Of a DNA stretch of 64,000 nt, positions 38,854 to 48,619 are shown one piece after another. The notes under the pieces were generated by a model that saw only the letters and a program-made list of their open reading frames with translations, did no database searches and was not told the origin of the DNA. Origin of the DNA: Candidatus Latescibacterota bacterium (lineage in GTDB: Bacteria > Latescibacterota > UBA2968 > UBA8231); assembly GCA_965223905.1 (NCBI GenBank), contig CBDCXV010000011.1:960001-1024000 (forward strand). Direction: 5' to 3'. Made by a program: the position numbers and the translations under genes. Within the stretch, counting starts at the first letter, position 1. The number at the start of each line of letters is the position of its first letter.

Positions 38854-39298
38854 GGGGCACTCCCATTCCCGAAAAGGTCCCGCCGGCGACCCAGGTGCCG
38901 TCGGCGAACCTCAGTTCCACTTTCGATTTCAGTTTCCGGCGCCTCCAGAACAGCTTCTCCGCGGTGATGCGCACCGTGGCTCCGGGCGGGACTACCTGGG
39001 CGAACTCCACCTCGGCGTCGGTGAACAGGCTGATGGTCCCGGCGACCTCCTCCTCGGGAACCTCCATGCCGAGCAGGTGGATCCCCAAAGCGACCAGCCC
39101 GGTCTGGCACATCGCTTCGATCAGGATCACTCCCGGGGTCACCGGGTTGCCGGGGAAGTGGCCCTCGTAAAAAGTCTCGTCCTCGCGGAAGGTGTACTCG
39201 CCGACCGCGGTCGACTCCCCGAGCTCGACGAGGCGGTCGATGAAGCGAAACGGCCGCTGCTGCGGGATCAGGGCGAGCACCTGCTCCGGGGTCAGCAT
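38840..39298 (-). CDS. fabZ: 3-hydroxyacyl-ACP dehydratase FabZ-like
   Basis: LIPQQRPFRFID, FYEGHFPGNPVTPGVILIEAMCQ. Confidence 0.85.
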   Translation of the reverse strand: MLTPEQVLALIPQQRPFRFIDRLVELGESTAVGEYTFREDETFYEGHFPGNPVTPGVILIEAMCQTGLVALGIHLLGMEVPEEEVAGTISLFTDAEVEFAQVVPPGATVRITAEKLFWRRRKLKSKVELRFADGTWVAGGTFSGMGVPRERK

Positions 39299-39891
39299 CA
39301 GGCGCTCCGGTCCATGATGCCGCCGACGCTGTTCGCCGAGCGCTCCGGGTAGTCCGGGTAGCCGATCCCGAGGAACGTGCCGACCTTGGCGTCCTTGACG
39401 GTGTAGATGTGCTCGCCGTCGACGAGCACCCGGGCGCTGCCGATCGCCACCGCGGAACCGGACTCCTTCAGCTGCGAGAAGCGGCGGATGTCGACCTCGT
39501 AGCGCACCACCTCGTTGTAGGGCCGGATCTGGCCGGCGAACTCGACCTCCTTGCAGCCGAGGGCCCGCCCCGAGCCGGGGGCGCCGTTGGCGGCTATGTA
39601 GAGCCCGACGAGCTGCCAGATGGCATCGACCCCGAGGCACCCCGGCTGCACCGGGTCGCCGCGAAAGTGACAGTGAAAGAACCAGTCTGCGACGCCGATC
39701 TCCTGTTCCCCGACGATGCGCCCGCGCGGGCCCCGGCGGTGCAGCTCGACGACGCGCGAGATCATCAGCATCGGCGGCGCCGGCAGGCGGATGAATTCGT
39801 CCGGCGGATCCTCGACCAGGGTGCCCTGCGAGATGCCGAGCAGCTCCTCGGAGGTGAAGTGGCCGCGCTCTGTGAACTCGGAGTAGAGCAT
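39298..39891 (-). CDS. fabA: 3-hydroxydecanoyl-ACP dehydratase/trans-2-decenoyl-ACP isomerase
   Basis: LPAPPMLM, WFFHCHFRGDPVQPGCLGVDAIWQLVG, GRALG (FabA His/Asp dyad). Confidence 0.9.
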   Translation of the reverse strand: MLYSEFTERGHFTSEELLGISQGTLVEDPPDEFIRLPAPPMLMISRVVELHRRGPRGRIVGEQEIGVADWFFHCHFRGDPVQPGCLGVDAIWQLVGLYIAANGAPGSGRALGCKEVEFAGQIRPYNEVVRYEVDIRRFSQLKESGSAVAIGSARVLVDGEHIYTVKDAKVGTFLGIGYPDYPERSANSVGGIMDRSA

Positions 39892-39895
39892 GGCT

Positions 39896-40891
39896 TCAGC
39901 AGACCTCGATGCGCAGGCTCGACCACGTCAGCCCGGAACCGACGACGGCGAGGATGAGGCTGTCGCCGGAGGCCAGCTCGTCCCAGCGCTGGGAGAGGAC
40001 AACTGGGGCCCCGGCGGCGCCGGTGTTGCCGAACTCGGCGACGTTGTGCCAGTGGGACTCGCCGTCGAGGCCCGCCCGCCTGGCGACCCCCTGCAGCATC
40101 AGCAGGTTGGCTTGGTGGCCTATGAACCGGAGGGTCCCGCCCGCGGCCTCGGCGTGCCCGCAAGCCTCGGGAAACATCTCCCTGACCAGGGAGATCGTCG
40201 TCTTGATGGCGAAGCGCTGCACCGCGTTCCCCTCCTGGAAGAAGTGGCCGTGGCGCGGGATGCGGACCGCGTCCCAGCGCTTGGAGTCCGCCCCCAAAGT
40301 GCTGGCGACCACCCGGACCGGCGCCGCCTCCCGGGAGGAGAGGACCGCGGCGCTGGTTCCGTCCCCCCAGAGCACGGCGTTGGCGCGGTCGGAGTAGTCG
40401 ATCGCCCGCGTCGTGTTCTCGGGGTTGACGACGAGGACGAAGCGGGGCAGCCCCTCCATCGAGCCCAGCATGTGCAGCTGCGCCCCGAAGCTGCAGCAGG
40501 CGGAGTTGATGTCGATCCCCGGGGCGTCTATGCCCGCGGCCGCGGCGACGCGGCTGGCGTCGGCCGGGATCGCCATGTCGGGATAGCACCCCCCGGATAC
40601 CACCAGGCCGATCTCCGCGGCGGCAACGCCGGCGCGCTCGAGGGCCATGGCCGCGGCCCGGGCGGCGGTGGCGGCGTTGTCGTACAGGGCCGCCTCCTCG
40701 GCGCCGCGGGGGTCCCGGTTGTGGGTACTGCGGATGTAGTCGAGGGGCAGCACCGTGCGCCGCCGGCGAATCCCCACGCGCTCGAGGATCCATTCGTCGC
40801 TGGTGCCGATGTCGAGATCCTCGAGAAAGCCGTTGTCGATGACGTTCTCGGGATGGAAGTGACCCATGCCGTGCAGGAACAGGGAGGTCAA
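39896..40891 (-). CDS. fabH: beta-ketoacyl-ACP synthase III
   Basis: TSDEWILERVGIRRR, NSACCSF, GDG, HQAN, GNTGAA. Confidence 0.88.
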   Translation of the reverse strand: MTSLFLHGMGHFHPENVIDNGFLEDLDIGTSDEWILERVGIRRRRTVLPLDYIRSTHNRDPRGAEEAALYDNAATAARAAAMALERAGVAAAEIGLVVSGGCYPDMAIPADASRVAAAAGIDAPGIDINSACCSFGAQLHMLGSMEGLPRFVLVVNPENTTRAIDYSDRANAVLWGDGTSAAVLSSREAAPVRVVASTLGADSKRWDAVRIPRHGHFFQEGNAVQRFAIKTTISLVREMFPEACGHAEAAGGTLRFIGHQANLLMLQGVARRAGLDGESHWHNVAEFGNTGAAGAPVVLSQRWDELASGDSLILAVVGSGLTWSSLRIEVC

Positions 40892-40894
40892 CGA

Positions 40895-41848
40895 TTATCC
40901 CGCGATATGCTCGCCGCCGTCGGCACGGACGATGGTGCCGTTGATCCAGCGCGCCTCGTCCGTGCTCAGCAGGAAGATGACGTCCGCCACCTCCGCGGCC
41001 GTGGTCAGCCGCCCGAAGGGATTGCGCAGGGCCGCGGCGGCTTTCAGGTGGTCGCTGCCGGGAATCAGCCGCAGGGCGGCCGAGTCGGTCACTCCCGCCT
41101 GAACGACGTTGGAGCGGATTCCGTGGGGGGCGTACTCCGCGGCGATGGCGCGGCTCACCGACTCGAGCGCCACCTTGGCCGCGGCCACCGCGGCGTACCC
41201 GCGCCAGGCGACCTCGTTCCCCTCGCTCGTCATCGCCAGCACGCGCGCGTCCCCGGCGAACAGTCCCGCGGCGAACACCTCCCGGGTCCAGGTCGCCAGG
41301 CTCGTGCCCATGCTGTACACGGTGCGCTCGAAATCCTCGTCCTCGAGCACGGCCTTCGCGTCGTACGGGGGCGGGTTGGCGAGATGGACGAGGCTCCTGG
41401 CATCGTCGCTCGAGAAAGCCGCATTCACGGCCTCGGCGAGCCGCTCCGGGTCGACGCCTAGCTTTTCGGCCAGCAGCCCGCGGTCCCGGGCCCCGGTTTC
41501 TCCGAAGGACTCGGTGAGGGGCGCCATGAGCCGCAGGTTGCCGAAGGCTATCGAGTGCAGCATGGTGCGCACGCGGCCGCGGTCGTCGAGGCGCTCCACG
41601 AGGGCGCCGATCACGGTCTGGCGCCCTTCCTGCGACAGGGCGTCGAGGTTGAAGGAGAGGAAGTCCCCCTCGAAGCGGCGGATCGCATCGAACTCCGGCT
41701 CGATCCCCTTCATGGCGCCGCGCCGGTCGCGGTGGACGACGGCGACACTCATCCCGTGGCGGGCGAGCTTCCTGGCGGCGGCGAGGCCGAAGCCGCTGGA
41801 GCCCCCGAGGATCAGCGCCCACTGGTCGGTGTCGAAACGGATGCTCAA
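40895..41848 (-). CDS. SDR family enoyl-ACP reductase (FabL-like)
   Basis: ILGGSSGFG, MTSEG, YAAVAAAK (YX6K), GVTDSAAL, NPFGRL. Confidence 0.8.
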   Translation of the reverse strand: MSIRFDTDQWALILGGSSGFGLAAARKLARHGMSVAVVHRDRRGAMKGIEPEFDAIRRFEGDFLSFNLDALSQEGRQTVIGALVERLDDRGRVRTMLHSIAFGNLRLMAPLTESFGETGARDRGLLAEKLGVDPERLAEAVNAAFSSDDARSLVHLANPPPYDAKAVLEDEDFERTVYSMGTSLATWTREVFAAGLFAGDARVLAMTSEGNEVAWRGYAAVAAAKVALESVSRAIAAEYAPHGIRSNVVQAGVTDSAALRLIPGSDHLKAAAALRNPFGRLTTAAEVADVIFLLSTDEARWINGTIVRADGGEHIAG

Positions 41849-42050
41849 AACGGGTTGAGATTCTCTCTGGCAGGTGTGAACTGAAAGGGAGAAATCTGTG
41901 GGACCGGGGGGCGACTGTCAAAGCCCGGATCGCCCGTCGGCGCCTGCTTCCGCCGGTGGCCGGACGTTGCACCCTCGCCCGGCATGCCGGAATATTGATC
42001 CGCTTTTCCGCTGCCGCCGCAGGAAGCCGTCACCGCCCCGGGAAGAGAAC

Positions 42051-43058
42051 ATGAAAATCACCCGCATCGAGCAGTTCATCACCGCGGTCCCCCACATACC
42101 CGAAATCGAGAAGAGCCGCCCGGGAGACTACCGCGAGCGGCCGATCCCCATCATCAGGGTGCATACCGACGAGGGGATTCACGGCATCGGCGAAGGGGGC
42201 CGCGGCGACAGGTTGGAGAACGTGGAAGAGTGGCTCGGGGTCGATCCGCTGAGCCTCAACCTGACGACGATGGGGGGCGCCATCGCCATGGCGATGTTCG
42301 ACATCGTCGGCAAGGCCCTCGGGGTGCCGGCCAACAAGCTGATGGGGAGCAGACACTGGGACGAGGTCCCGGTCGGCTGGTGGTCCCCCCCGCTCGAGCC
42401 GGCCGAGTTCGCCGCCATGGCCGAGACCGGTGTCCGGCTCGGCTACAAGACCCACAAGCTCAAGGCGCGGCCCTGGAACATCGTCGAGACCGTCGAGCTG
42501 ATGACCGCGGCCGCGGGTCCCGACTACGGCATCATCGTCGATCCCAACATGACCTTCGAAACCCTGCAGGCGACCCTGCGCATCGCCGGCAAGCTGGAGC
42601 GCTACAACATCCAGGCATTCGAAGACCCCTTCCCACGGCTTCCCGGGTGGCACCAGTACCGCGACTTCCGCCGCCACTCCACCATCCCGCTGGCACCCCA
42701 CATCGCCGATCCCCAGCTGATCATGAGCGCCATCCGGGCGGAGGCGGCCGACATGTTCAACACCGCCGGCGAGGTCGAGCGCGCCAAGGGGAACGCCGCC
42801 ATCGCCGAGGCCGCGGGCATGCCAGTCTGGCTGCAGGTGGTCGGCCTCGGACTGGGGGTCTCGGGAGCCTACGGAACGCACGTGCACTCGGTGATCCCGA
42901 ACGCGACGATCCCTTCCGACAGCCTGCACTTCACACGCGAGAACGACCTGATCTCCGGCGCCCTGACGCCGAAGAACGGGCTCGTCAAGGTCCCCGACAC
43001 CCCCGGCCTGGGGGTCGAGCTCGACATGGACGCGGTCGAGAAGTACCGCGTCGGCTAA
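42051..43058 (+). CDS. mandelate racemase/muconate lactonizing enzyme family (enolase superfamily)
   Basis: VHTDEGIHGIGE, FDIVGKALGVP, KLK, DPN, FEDP, PDTPGLGVELD. Confidence 0.9.
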   Translation: MKITRIEQFITAVPHIPEIEKSRPGDYRERPIPIIRVHTDEGIHGIGEGGRGDRLENVEEWLGVDPLSLNLTTMGGAIAMAMFDIVGKALGVPANKLMGSRHWDEVPVGWWSPPLEPAEFAAMAETGVRLGYKTHKLKARPWNIVETVELMTAAAGPDYGIIVDPNMTFETLQATLRIAGKLERYNIQAFEDPFPRLPGWHQYRDFRRHSTIPLAPHIADPQLIMSAIRAEAADMFNTAGEVERAKGNAAIAEAAGMPVWLQVVGLGLGVSGAYGTHVHSVIPNATIPSDSLHFTRENDLISGALTPKNGLVKVPDTPGLGVELDMDAVEKYRVG

Positions 43059-43181
43059 GGGAGGCGGGCCACGCGGCTGGCAGCCGCAGGGAGTCCGCGG
43101 CGTACGGGATTGAGAACAGCACACGAGGGGCCGGACGCGGCCCGATGCAGGCGATCGATCAACAGCCTGATCGGCCAGGAG

Positions 43182-44534
43182 ATGGAAGCAGTGGAAGAAT
43201 CGAGACGGCAGCAGTTCCTCGAGGACGGCTACCTCATCCTCCGCGACACGGTTCCCCCGGAGCAGCTGGGCGAGTTGCGCCTGACCGCGGAGCTGATGGT
43301 CGACCGCAGCAAGGAGCTTTCCAAGGCGCGCCGCGACGGCGGCCCGCTCGGCGGCGACTGGTACCAGGGTGTTCAGCCGCGCGTCGAGATCGACGAGGCG
43401 GTCGAGCCGGAGACCGCCGGCCTCGTCGATTTCCTGCTCGGGCCGACGGTGCGCGGGGTGAGCCAGGAGCTGATGGGGGCCCCGGAAACCGCCATCACCG
43501 GCATGCAGATCACCTGCAGCGGCCTGATCGATTACGGGTACACCGACTGGCACCGCGACTCGAGCGCCCGCGAGCAGGCGCCCCTGTGCGGCCTTCAGGA
43601 CGACCTGATGGCGAACCGGCCGGGGTACGTGCAGTGGAACATCCCCCTGTACGACGACGACGTCTTCTGGCTGGTGCCGGGAAGCCACAAGCAGCCGACC
43701 GACGAGGAGCAGCGGCGGCAGCTGCTGATGGATCCCAGGTCCCGGCTCAGGGACGGCATCCCGATGGAGCTGAAGGCAGGGGACGCCGTCGTCTACCCGA
43801 ACGTCGTCATGCACTGGGGCAGCTTCTACTCCAGCAGGCTGCGGCGCACCCTCCACCTCGGGTTCCGCTCCTTCGGCGGCGACATCTTTCCCTACTCCCA
43901 CTTCACCCACTGGGACATGGGCCTGGGGTTCACGAGGCACCTGTCGCAGCCGGCGCGCTCCTGCTTCGAGCGCACCGTCGAGCTGTTCGACCGCGAGGGG
44001 GACGAGATCGAGCGCACCCTGCGGACGGTGATCGACGGCGACGGCGACCGCTTCCGCAGGCAGGTCGCCATCCTGCACCCGGGCGCCGAAGGGCGCATGA
44101 CGACGGTGGTCCTGCTCTGCCGAATCGCGGAGAAGATCGCCCTTGCCCACAGCCCCGAGATTGCCGGGCTGCCGGAGGAGGAGCGCAACCGCGCCCTCTC
44201 CGGGCCGTCGGAGGGGCACTATTACAGCGGCCTCGGCACGCGTTTCAGCGACGGGGAGGCCGCGGTGCTCGAGAAGCGATTTGCCGTCCTGACGGCGCGG
44301 CTGGAACAGGACGCCGCGGCCGTGCACGAGCGCTACCTGGCCGTGCACGACGAACTGAAATCAGACGCGGAAAGCCCCCCGGACTTCGAATCGCGGCCGC
44401 TGCGGCAGTTCCACTGCGACATGCCGGAGGGGTTCGGCATCGACGAGTTCGTCGACAGCTGGCAGGAGACCGCGGCGGATCCCCGGGCTGCGGGAGCCCC
44501 GACCTCCTTCGCGCCACCGGGGTTGCGCCGCTGA
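43182..44534 (+). CDS. phytanoyl-CoA dioxygenase (PhyH) family protein with C-terminal extension
   Basis: FLEDGYLILR, WHRD, LVPGSHK, LKAGDAV, MHWG, RRTLH. Confidence 0.85.
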   Translation: MEAVEESRRQQFLEDGYLILRDTVPPEQLGELRLTAELMVDRSKELSKARRDGGPLGGDWYQGVQPRVEIDEAVEPETAGLVDFLLGPTVRGVSQELMGAPETAITGMQITCSGLIDYGYTDWHRDSSAREQAPLCGLQDDLMANRPGYVQWNIPLYDDDVFWLVPGSHKQPTDEEQRRQLLMDPRSRLRDGIPMELKAGDAVVYPNVVMHWGSFYSSRLRRTLHLGFRSFGGDIFPYSHFTHWDMGLGFTRHLSQPARSCFERTVELFDREGDEIERTLRTVIDGDGDRFRRQVAILHPGAEGRMTTVVLLCRIAEKIALAHSPEIAGLPEEERNRALSGPSEGHYYSGLGTRFSDGEAAVLEKRFAVLTARLEQDAAAVHERYLAVHDELKSDAESPPDFESRPLRQFHCDMPEGFGIDEFVDSWQETAADPRAAGAPTSFAPPGLRR

Positions 44535-44571
44535 AAAACCGGCCTTCAGGTGCCGGGGCAAGAGGTGACGG

Positions 44572-45366
44572 ATGGATGAAATGCAGAAATACCTGTTCGA
44601 CCTCAACGGCTACCTCGTCATCGAGGACGTGCTGAACGCCGCGGAGCTCGCCGTCCTCAACGGCATCGTCGACGGCCGGGAGCTCCCTGCCGATTCCCGC
44701 CTTGTCTCCTATGCGGGAGGCCGCCACACCTGCCCCGGATTCCTCGACTGGGGGCAGCCGTTCGTCGACCTCCTCGACCACGCCGCCGTCCTGCCGGTCC
44801 TGCGCTTCCGGCTCGGGGACTGCTTCCGGCTCGACAGGCTCTACAGCATCGTCACGAGCCCCGGGCAGCCGATGGGAAAGCTGCATTCCGACTACGGCGC
44901 CTCGTCGCCGCTGGCCGGCTCGGTTCCCGGCGAGTACTACCCCTTCCCTCTCAACGAGATCCACAGCGGCTTCGTCGTCGTCTCCTGGAACCTCACCGAT
45001 TCCGGGCCCGGCCGCGGCGGTTTCTGCTGCCTTCCCGGCAGCCACAAGAGCAACTACCGGCTGCCGCGGCAGATCGCCGAGGAAGGAGAGGACTCCCCCC
45101 ACGTCGTCCTCCCCGAGGCGCCGGCCGGCTCGGTCACCCTGTTCACCGAGGCCCTGACCCACGGCACCTCGGCCTGGCGCGGACCACACCAGCGCCGCAC
45201 CCTGCTGTTCAAGTACTGCGTGTCGCAGATGGCATGGGGGAGCGGCCGCGTCCGGCCCCCCGCGGGCTGCGCCCTGACCCCGCGCCAGCAGCAGCTGCTT
45301 GCCGAACCCGCGGAGCCGTACCGGTTCTTCCCGTCCCTGTTCGAAGTGGAGGAAAAGAGCGTATGA
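44572..45366 (+). CDS. phytanoyl-CoA dioxygenase (PhyH) family protein
   Basis: KYLFDLNGYLVIEDVL, LHSD, GGFCCLPGSHKSN, FTEALTHG, RRTLLFKY. Confidence 0.88.
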   Translation: MDEMQKYLFDLNGYLVIEDVLNAAELAVLNGIVDGRELPADSRLVSYAGGRHTCPGFLDWGQPFVDLLDHAAVLPVLRFRLGDCFRLDRLYSIVTSPGQPMGKLHSDYGASSPLAGSVPGEYYPFPLNEIHSGFVVVSWNLTDSGPGRGGFCCLPGSHKSNYRLPRQIAEEGEDSPHVVLPEAPAGSVTLFTEALTHGTSAWRGPHQRRTLLFKYCVSQMAWGSGRVRPPAGCALTPRQQQLLAEPAEPYRFFPSLFEVEEKSV

Positions 45367-45851
45367 ACCTCGCCGATCTCGGGGCCCCGGCCGGGGCTCT
45401 CTTCAAGGAGCGCGGCCAGACCGTCGCCGTGGCGGAGTCCTCCGCCGGAGGGGTGATTGCCGCGGCCCTGCTCGCCGTTCCCGGGGCATCGGCCTACTTC
45501 AAGGGAGGGGGCGTCGTCTACACCGGGGACGCCAAGCAGACCCTGATGGCGGTGCCGGACGAGGCCATGGCTGAGGCGCGCGCCGCCACCGAAACGCACG
45601 CCCTCCACCTCGCCCGCGCCGCCAGGCAGAGGCTCGAAGCCGACTGGGGCGTCGGCGAAACCGGGGCCGCGGGCCCGACCGGAAATCGCTACGGCGATCC
45701 CCCCGGGCACACCTGCATCGCCGTCTCCGGACCCGGGCAGGTGGAGAAGGCGATCACGTTGGCGACGGGCAGGGACCGCCGCGAGGAGAACATGTGGGCG
45801 TTCGCGAGCGCCGCTCTCGACCTGCTTGCAGAGTGCCTGGCCCCCGAGTAA
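45363..45851 (+). CDS. pncC: CinA C-terminal domain / nicotinamide mononucleotide deamidase-like
   Basis: VAVAESSAGGVIAA, PGASAYFKGGGVVY, ETGAAGP; ATGA overlap. Confidence 0.8.
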   Translation: MNLADLGAPAGALFKERGQTVAVAESSAGGVIAAALLAVPGASAYFKGGGVVYTGDAKQTLMAVPDEAMAEARAATETHALHLARAARQRLEADWGVGETGAAGPTGNRYGDPPGHTCIAVSGPGQVEKAITLATGRDRREENMWAFASAALDLLAECLAPE

Positions 45852-45909
45852 GGTCCGCCGCGGCCAAAGCACCTCCCATATCCTCGGGTTCCCACCGGAC
45901 GGCAGGAGC

Positions 45910-46035
45910 CGCCCCAATATCCTGGGAATCCTCCCCGAGGAAGACGACCCGGCGATCATCTCCTGGTACGGCAACCAGTGCTTCGAAGTCGAAACCCCAA
46001 CATGCACCGGCTGGCCGCACATGGAAGCCCTTTAC
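45910..46035 (+). pseudogene. sulfatase N-terminal remnant
   Basis: RPNILGIL..DD..WYGN..VETP then NMHRLAAHG in the next frame, matching the sulfatase start PNI..DD..YG..TPN.D.LA..G. Confidence 0.6.
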
Positions 46036-46075
46036 CTTCCCCCCCGAATAAGAATCAATCCCTGACAGACCGCGG

Positions 46076-46447
46076 TCAGGATGCGGAATCGGAATGGGGT
46101 TCACCTTCGGGATCCGAGCCGATCCGCAGGACGTGGCCGTCGAGGTCCTCCACCTTCATTTCGCAGGCCCAGGGGAAGTTCGTCGGCGCCATCTTTATCG
46201 CCGCGCCGCTCGCCTTGTACTCCTCGTAGATCTCCTCGACGTCCTCGACGCCGATCCAGAGCCAGGTTCCGGGCTGCCCCTGTCCGCCCTCGCACAACAT
46301 GATGGTGCAGTTGTCCCGCGACACCGACCCGAAATCCGGCGGATCGCCCCAGTCCCAGTCCTTCCTGAAGCCGAGCACCTTCACATAATGATCGATGCTG
46401 GCGGACAGGTTCTCGACCCTCAGGATCGGTATGATGCACTCCAGCAT
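46076..46447 (-). CDS. VOC/glyoxalase/bleomycin-resistance family protein
   Basis: PILRVENLSASIDHYVKVLGF, VEDVEEIY, PWACEMKVEDLDGHVLRIG. Confidence 0.88.
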   Translation of the reverse strand: MLECIIPILRVENLSASIDHYVKVLGFRKDWDWGDPPDFGSVSRDNCTIMLCEGGQGQPGTWLWIGVEDVEEIYEEYKASGAAIKMAPTNFPWACEMKVEDLDGHVLRIGSDPEGEPHSDSAS

Positions 46448-46464
46448 TGCCTCACTCCTTTCGC

Positions 46465-46493
46465 TTGACCCCCTGTCATGCCTGGTCTACGGT
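46465..46493 (+). promoter_or_regulatory. possible sigma70 promoter for dxs
   Basis: TTGACC-17 bp-TACGGT. Confidence 0.4.
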
Positions 46494-46558
46494 AGGTGAA
46501 ATCGGTTAAAGATGAATCCCGGCGCCTTGCGTCCGGGGCACTAAACAAGGAACTGTCC

Positions 46559-48442
46559 ATGCCCCCCTGTCTCCTGGACCGGATCGATGCACCCAGCGAT
46601 CTAAAGGCTCTTTCGCATGAAGAGCTGGCCCAGGTAGCGCAGGAGGCGCGTGACACCATCATCTCCGTCATAACCGAGCGCGGCGGCCATCTCGCTTCCA
46701 ACCTCGGGGTCGTCGAGCTCACCCTGGCCCTGCACCGCGTCTTCGACAGTCCCAGCGACGCCATTGTCTGGGACACGACCAACCAGTGCTACACCCACAA
46801 GCTGGTGACGGGGCGGCGCGACGAGTTCAAGGACATCCGCCTCGAAGGCGGCCTTTCCGGGTTCGGGGAGCCGGGCGAAAGCCCGCACGACACGCTCGCC
46901 GCCGGGCACGCCGGCACCGGGCTTTCCATCGCCCTCGGCATCGCCGAAGCCGCGGCGAATCGCCACTTGGACTCGTGGACCATCGCCGTGGTCGGAGACG
47001 GGGCGATGACTTCCGGGTCGAGCTTCGAGGCGCTCAACAACATCGTACATCTAAACCCCGGAAAGTTCATCGTCGTCCTCAACGACAACGGGATGTCGAT
47101 CTCCGAAAACATCGGCTTCCTCACCAACTGGCGGAAACGCCTGATCACCCATCCCGAATACCACGCCATCACCGGGCGCATCAAGGCGCTGTCGAAGAAG
47201 GTGCCCTCGGGCGAGGGGATCTATCACCTCGTCGAGAGGTTCGGGGACGGCCTCGCCGGTCTGATCGTGCCGACGATGTTCTGGAACGAGATGGGTTTCC
47301 AGTACCTCGGCCCGGTGGACGGCCACGACTTCGAGCAGCTCGAGGAGACCTTCCGGCAAGCGAGAACTCCCGGCGACTCGGTGCCCCTGGTACACCTGGT
47401 GACGCAAAAGGGCCGCGGCTACGAGCCCGCGGAGCACGACCCGGTAAAGTTTCACCAGCCCAGCTCGCCGCTGGCGGACACCCCGGGAGCGCCCACCTAC
47501 TCGCAGGTGTTCGCGCGCACGATCGCCCGCCTCATGCAGGAGGACGAAACAGTCGTCGGCATCAGCGCGGCGATGCTCGAAGGCACGGGGCTGGCCGAGG
47601 TCCGGCGCGACTTCCCCGACCGCGTTTTCGACGTCGGCATCGCCGAGCAGCACGCCGTCAGCATGGCCGCGGGAATGGCCTCGAGGGGACTCAATCCCTT
47701 CGTCTCGATCTACTCGACCTTCCTGCAGCGGGCGTTCGATCAGATAACCCACGACGTCTGCCTGCAGAACCTTCCCGTGACGCTGATCGCCGACCGCGCC
47801 GGCATCGTCGGCGAGGACGGCAAGACGCACCACGGCGCCTTCGACATCTCCTACCTCAGGTGTCTTCCCAACGCCGTGGTCGCGGCCCCGATGGACGAAA
47901 ACGACTTGCAGCATCTCGTCTACACCGCTTACCGGCACCGGGGTCCCTTCGCCATCCGCATCGCCAGGGGAGCGGCCACCGGCGTTCCCCTCGACGGCGA
48001 CCTGGTCGAGCTGCCGCTCGGCAAAGGCCGCGTCGTCAGGGAAGGAAGCGACGTCGCGATCTTCGGCCTGGGCAAGCCTGCCCGCGCCGCGGTGGAAGCA
48101 GCAAAGATGCTGGCCGCACACGGCATCTCCTGCGGCGTGGTGAACCCGCTTTTCATCAAACCGCTCGACGTCGACCTGCTGCTCGAGGCAGCGCGTGGAG
48201 CGGGCCGTATCGTCACCGTGGAAGAGAACGTGCTAGCCGGAGGGTTCGGCTCCGCCGTGCTCGAAGCGCTCGCCGGAGAGGGACTCGACGAGGTGTCCGT
48301 CCACCGCATCGGCATGCCGGACTCCTTCATCGAGCACGGCACCGCGGCGGATCAACGGAGCCGGTTGCAGCTCGACGCCGAGGGCATCGCCCGGCAGGTA
48401 ATGAGTGCTTTCTTTCCCGAGGCGGGGACGGAAGAAACTTGA
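46559..48442 (+). CDS. dxs: 1-deoxy-D-xylulose-5-phosphate synthase
   Basis: GGHLASNLGVVELT, GDGAMTSG..EALNN, DVGIAEQHAV, IYSTFLQRAFDQ, DRAGIVGEDGKTHHG. Confidence 0.96.
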   Translation: MPPCLLDRIDAPSDLKALSHEELAQVAQEARDTIISVITERGGHLASNLGVVELTLALHRVFDSPSDAIVWDTTNQCYTHKLVTGRRDEFKDIRLEGGLSGFGEPGESPHDTLAAGHAGTGLSIALGIAEAAANRHLDSWTIAVVGDGAMTSGSSFEALNNIVHLNPGKFIVVLNDNGMSISENIGFLTNWRKRLITHPEYHAITGRIKALSKKVPSGEGIYHLVERFGDGLAGLIVPTMFWNEMGFQYLGPVDGHDFEQLEETFRQARTPGDSVPLVHLVTQKGRGYEPAEHDPVKFHQPSSPLADTPGAPTYSQVFARTIARLMQEDETVVGISAAMLEGTGLAEVRRDFPDRVFDVGIAEQHAVSMAAGMASRGLNPFVSIYSTFLQRAFDQITHDVCLQNLPVTLIADRAGIVGEDGKTHHGAFDISYLRCLPNAVVAAPMDENDLQHLVYTAYRHRGPFAIRIARGAATGVPLDGDLVELPLGKGRVVREGSDVAIFGLGKPARAAVEAAKMLAAHGISCGVVNPLFIKPLDVDLLLEAARGAGRIVTVEENVLAGGFGSAVLEALAGEGLDEVSVHRIGMPDSFIEHGTAADQRSRLQLDAEGIARQVMSAFFPEAGTEET

Positions 48443-48619
48443 CCCCACCGGCCATTCTGACGACGCAGGTTTTTTTACGAGCGAATCTAATTTCTGTTAA
48501 AAGAAAATCGGAGAGCGGGCGGGACTGAGGAGAAAAGCGATGCGGGCCGCGGCGGACCTGGTCCGCCACGGCCGCTATTGAGGATTTTCGCCCTCGGTGC
48601 CTGAGGGCGAAGGGTCTAT

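Noticed and set aside
35687-41848. Ladderane, aryl-polyene or type II PKS cluster
   Set aside because: No radical SAM genes, chain-length factor, cyclases or adenylation enzyme are visible.
48545-48612. Intrinsic terminators between dxs and the YtxH gene
   Set aside because: Two GC hairpins are present but neither has a U-tract on the appropriate side.
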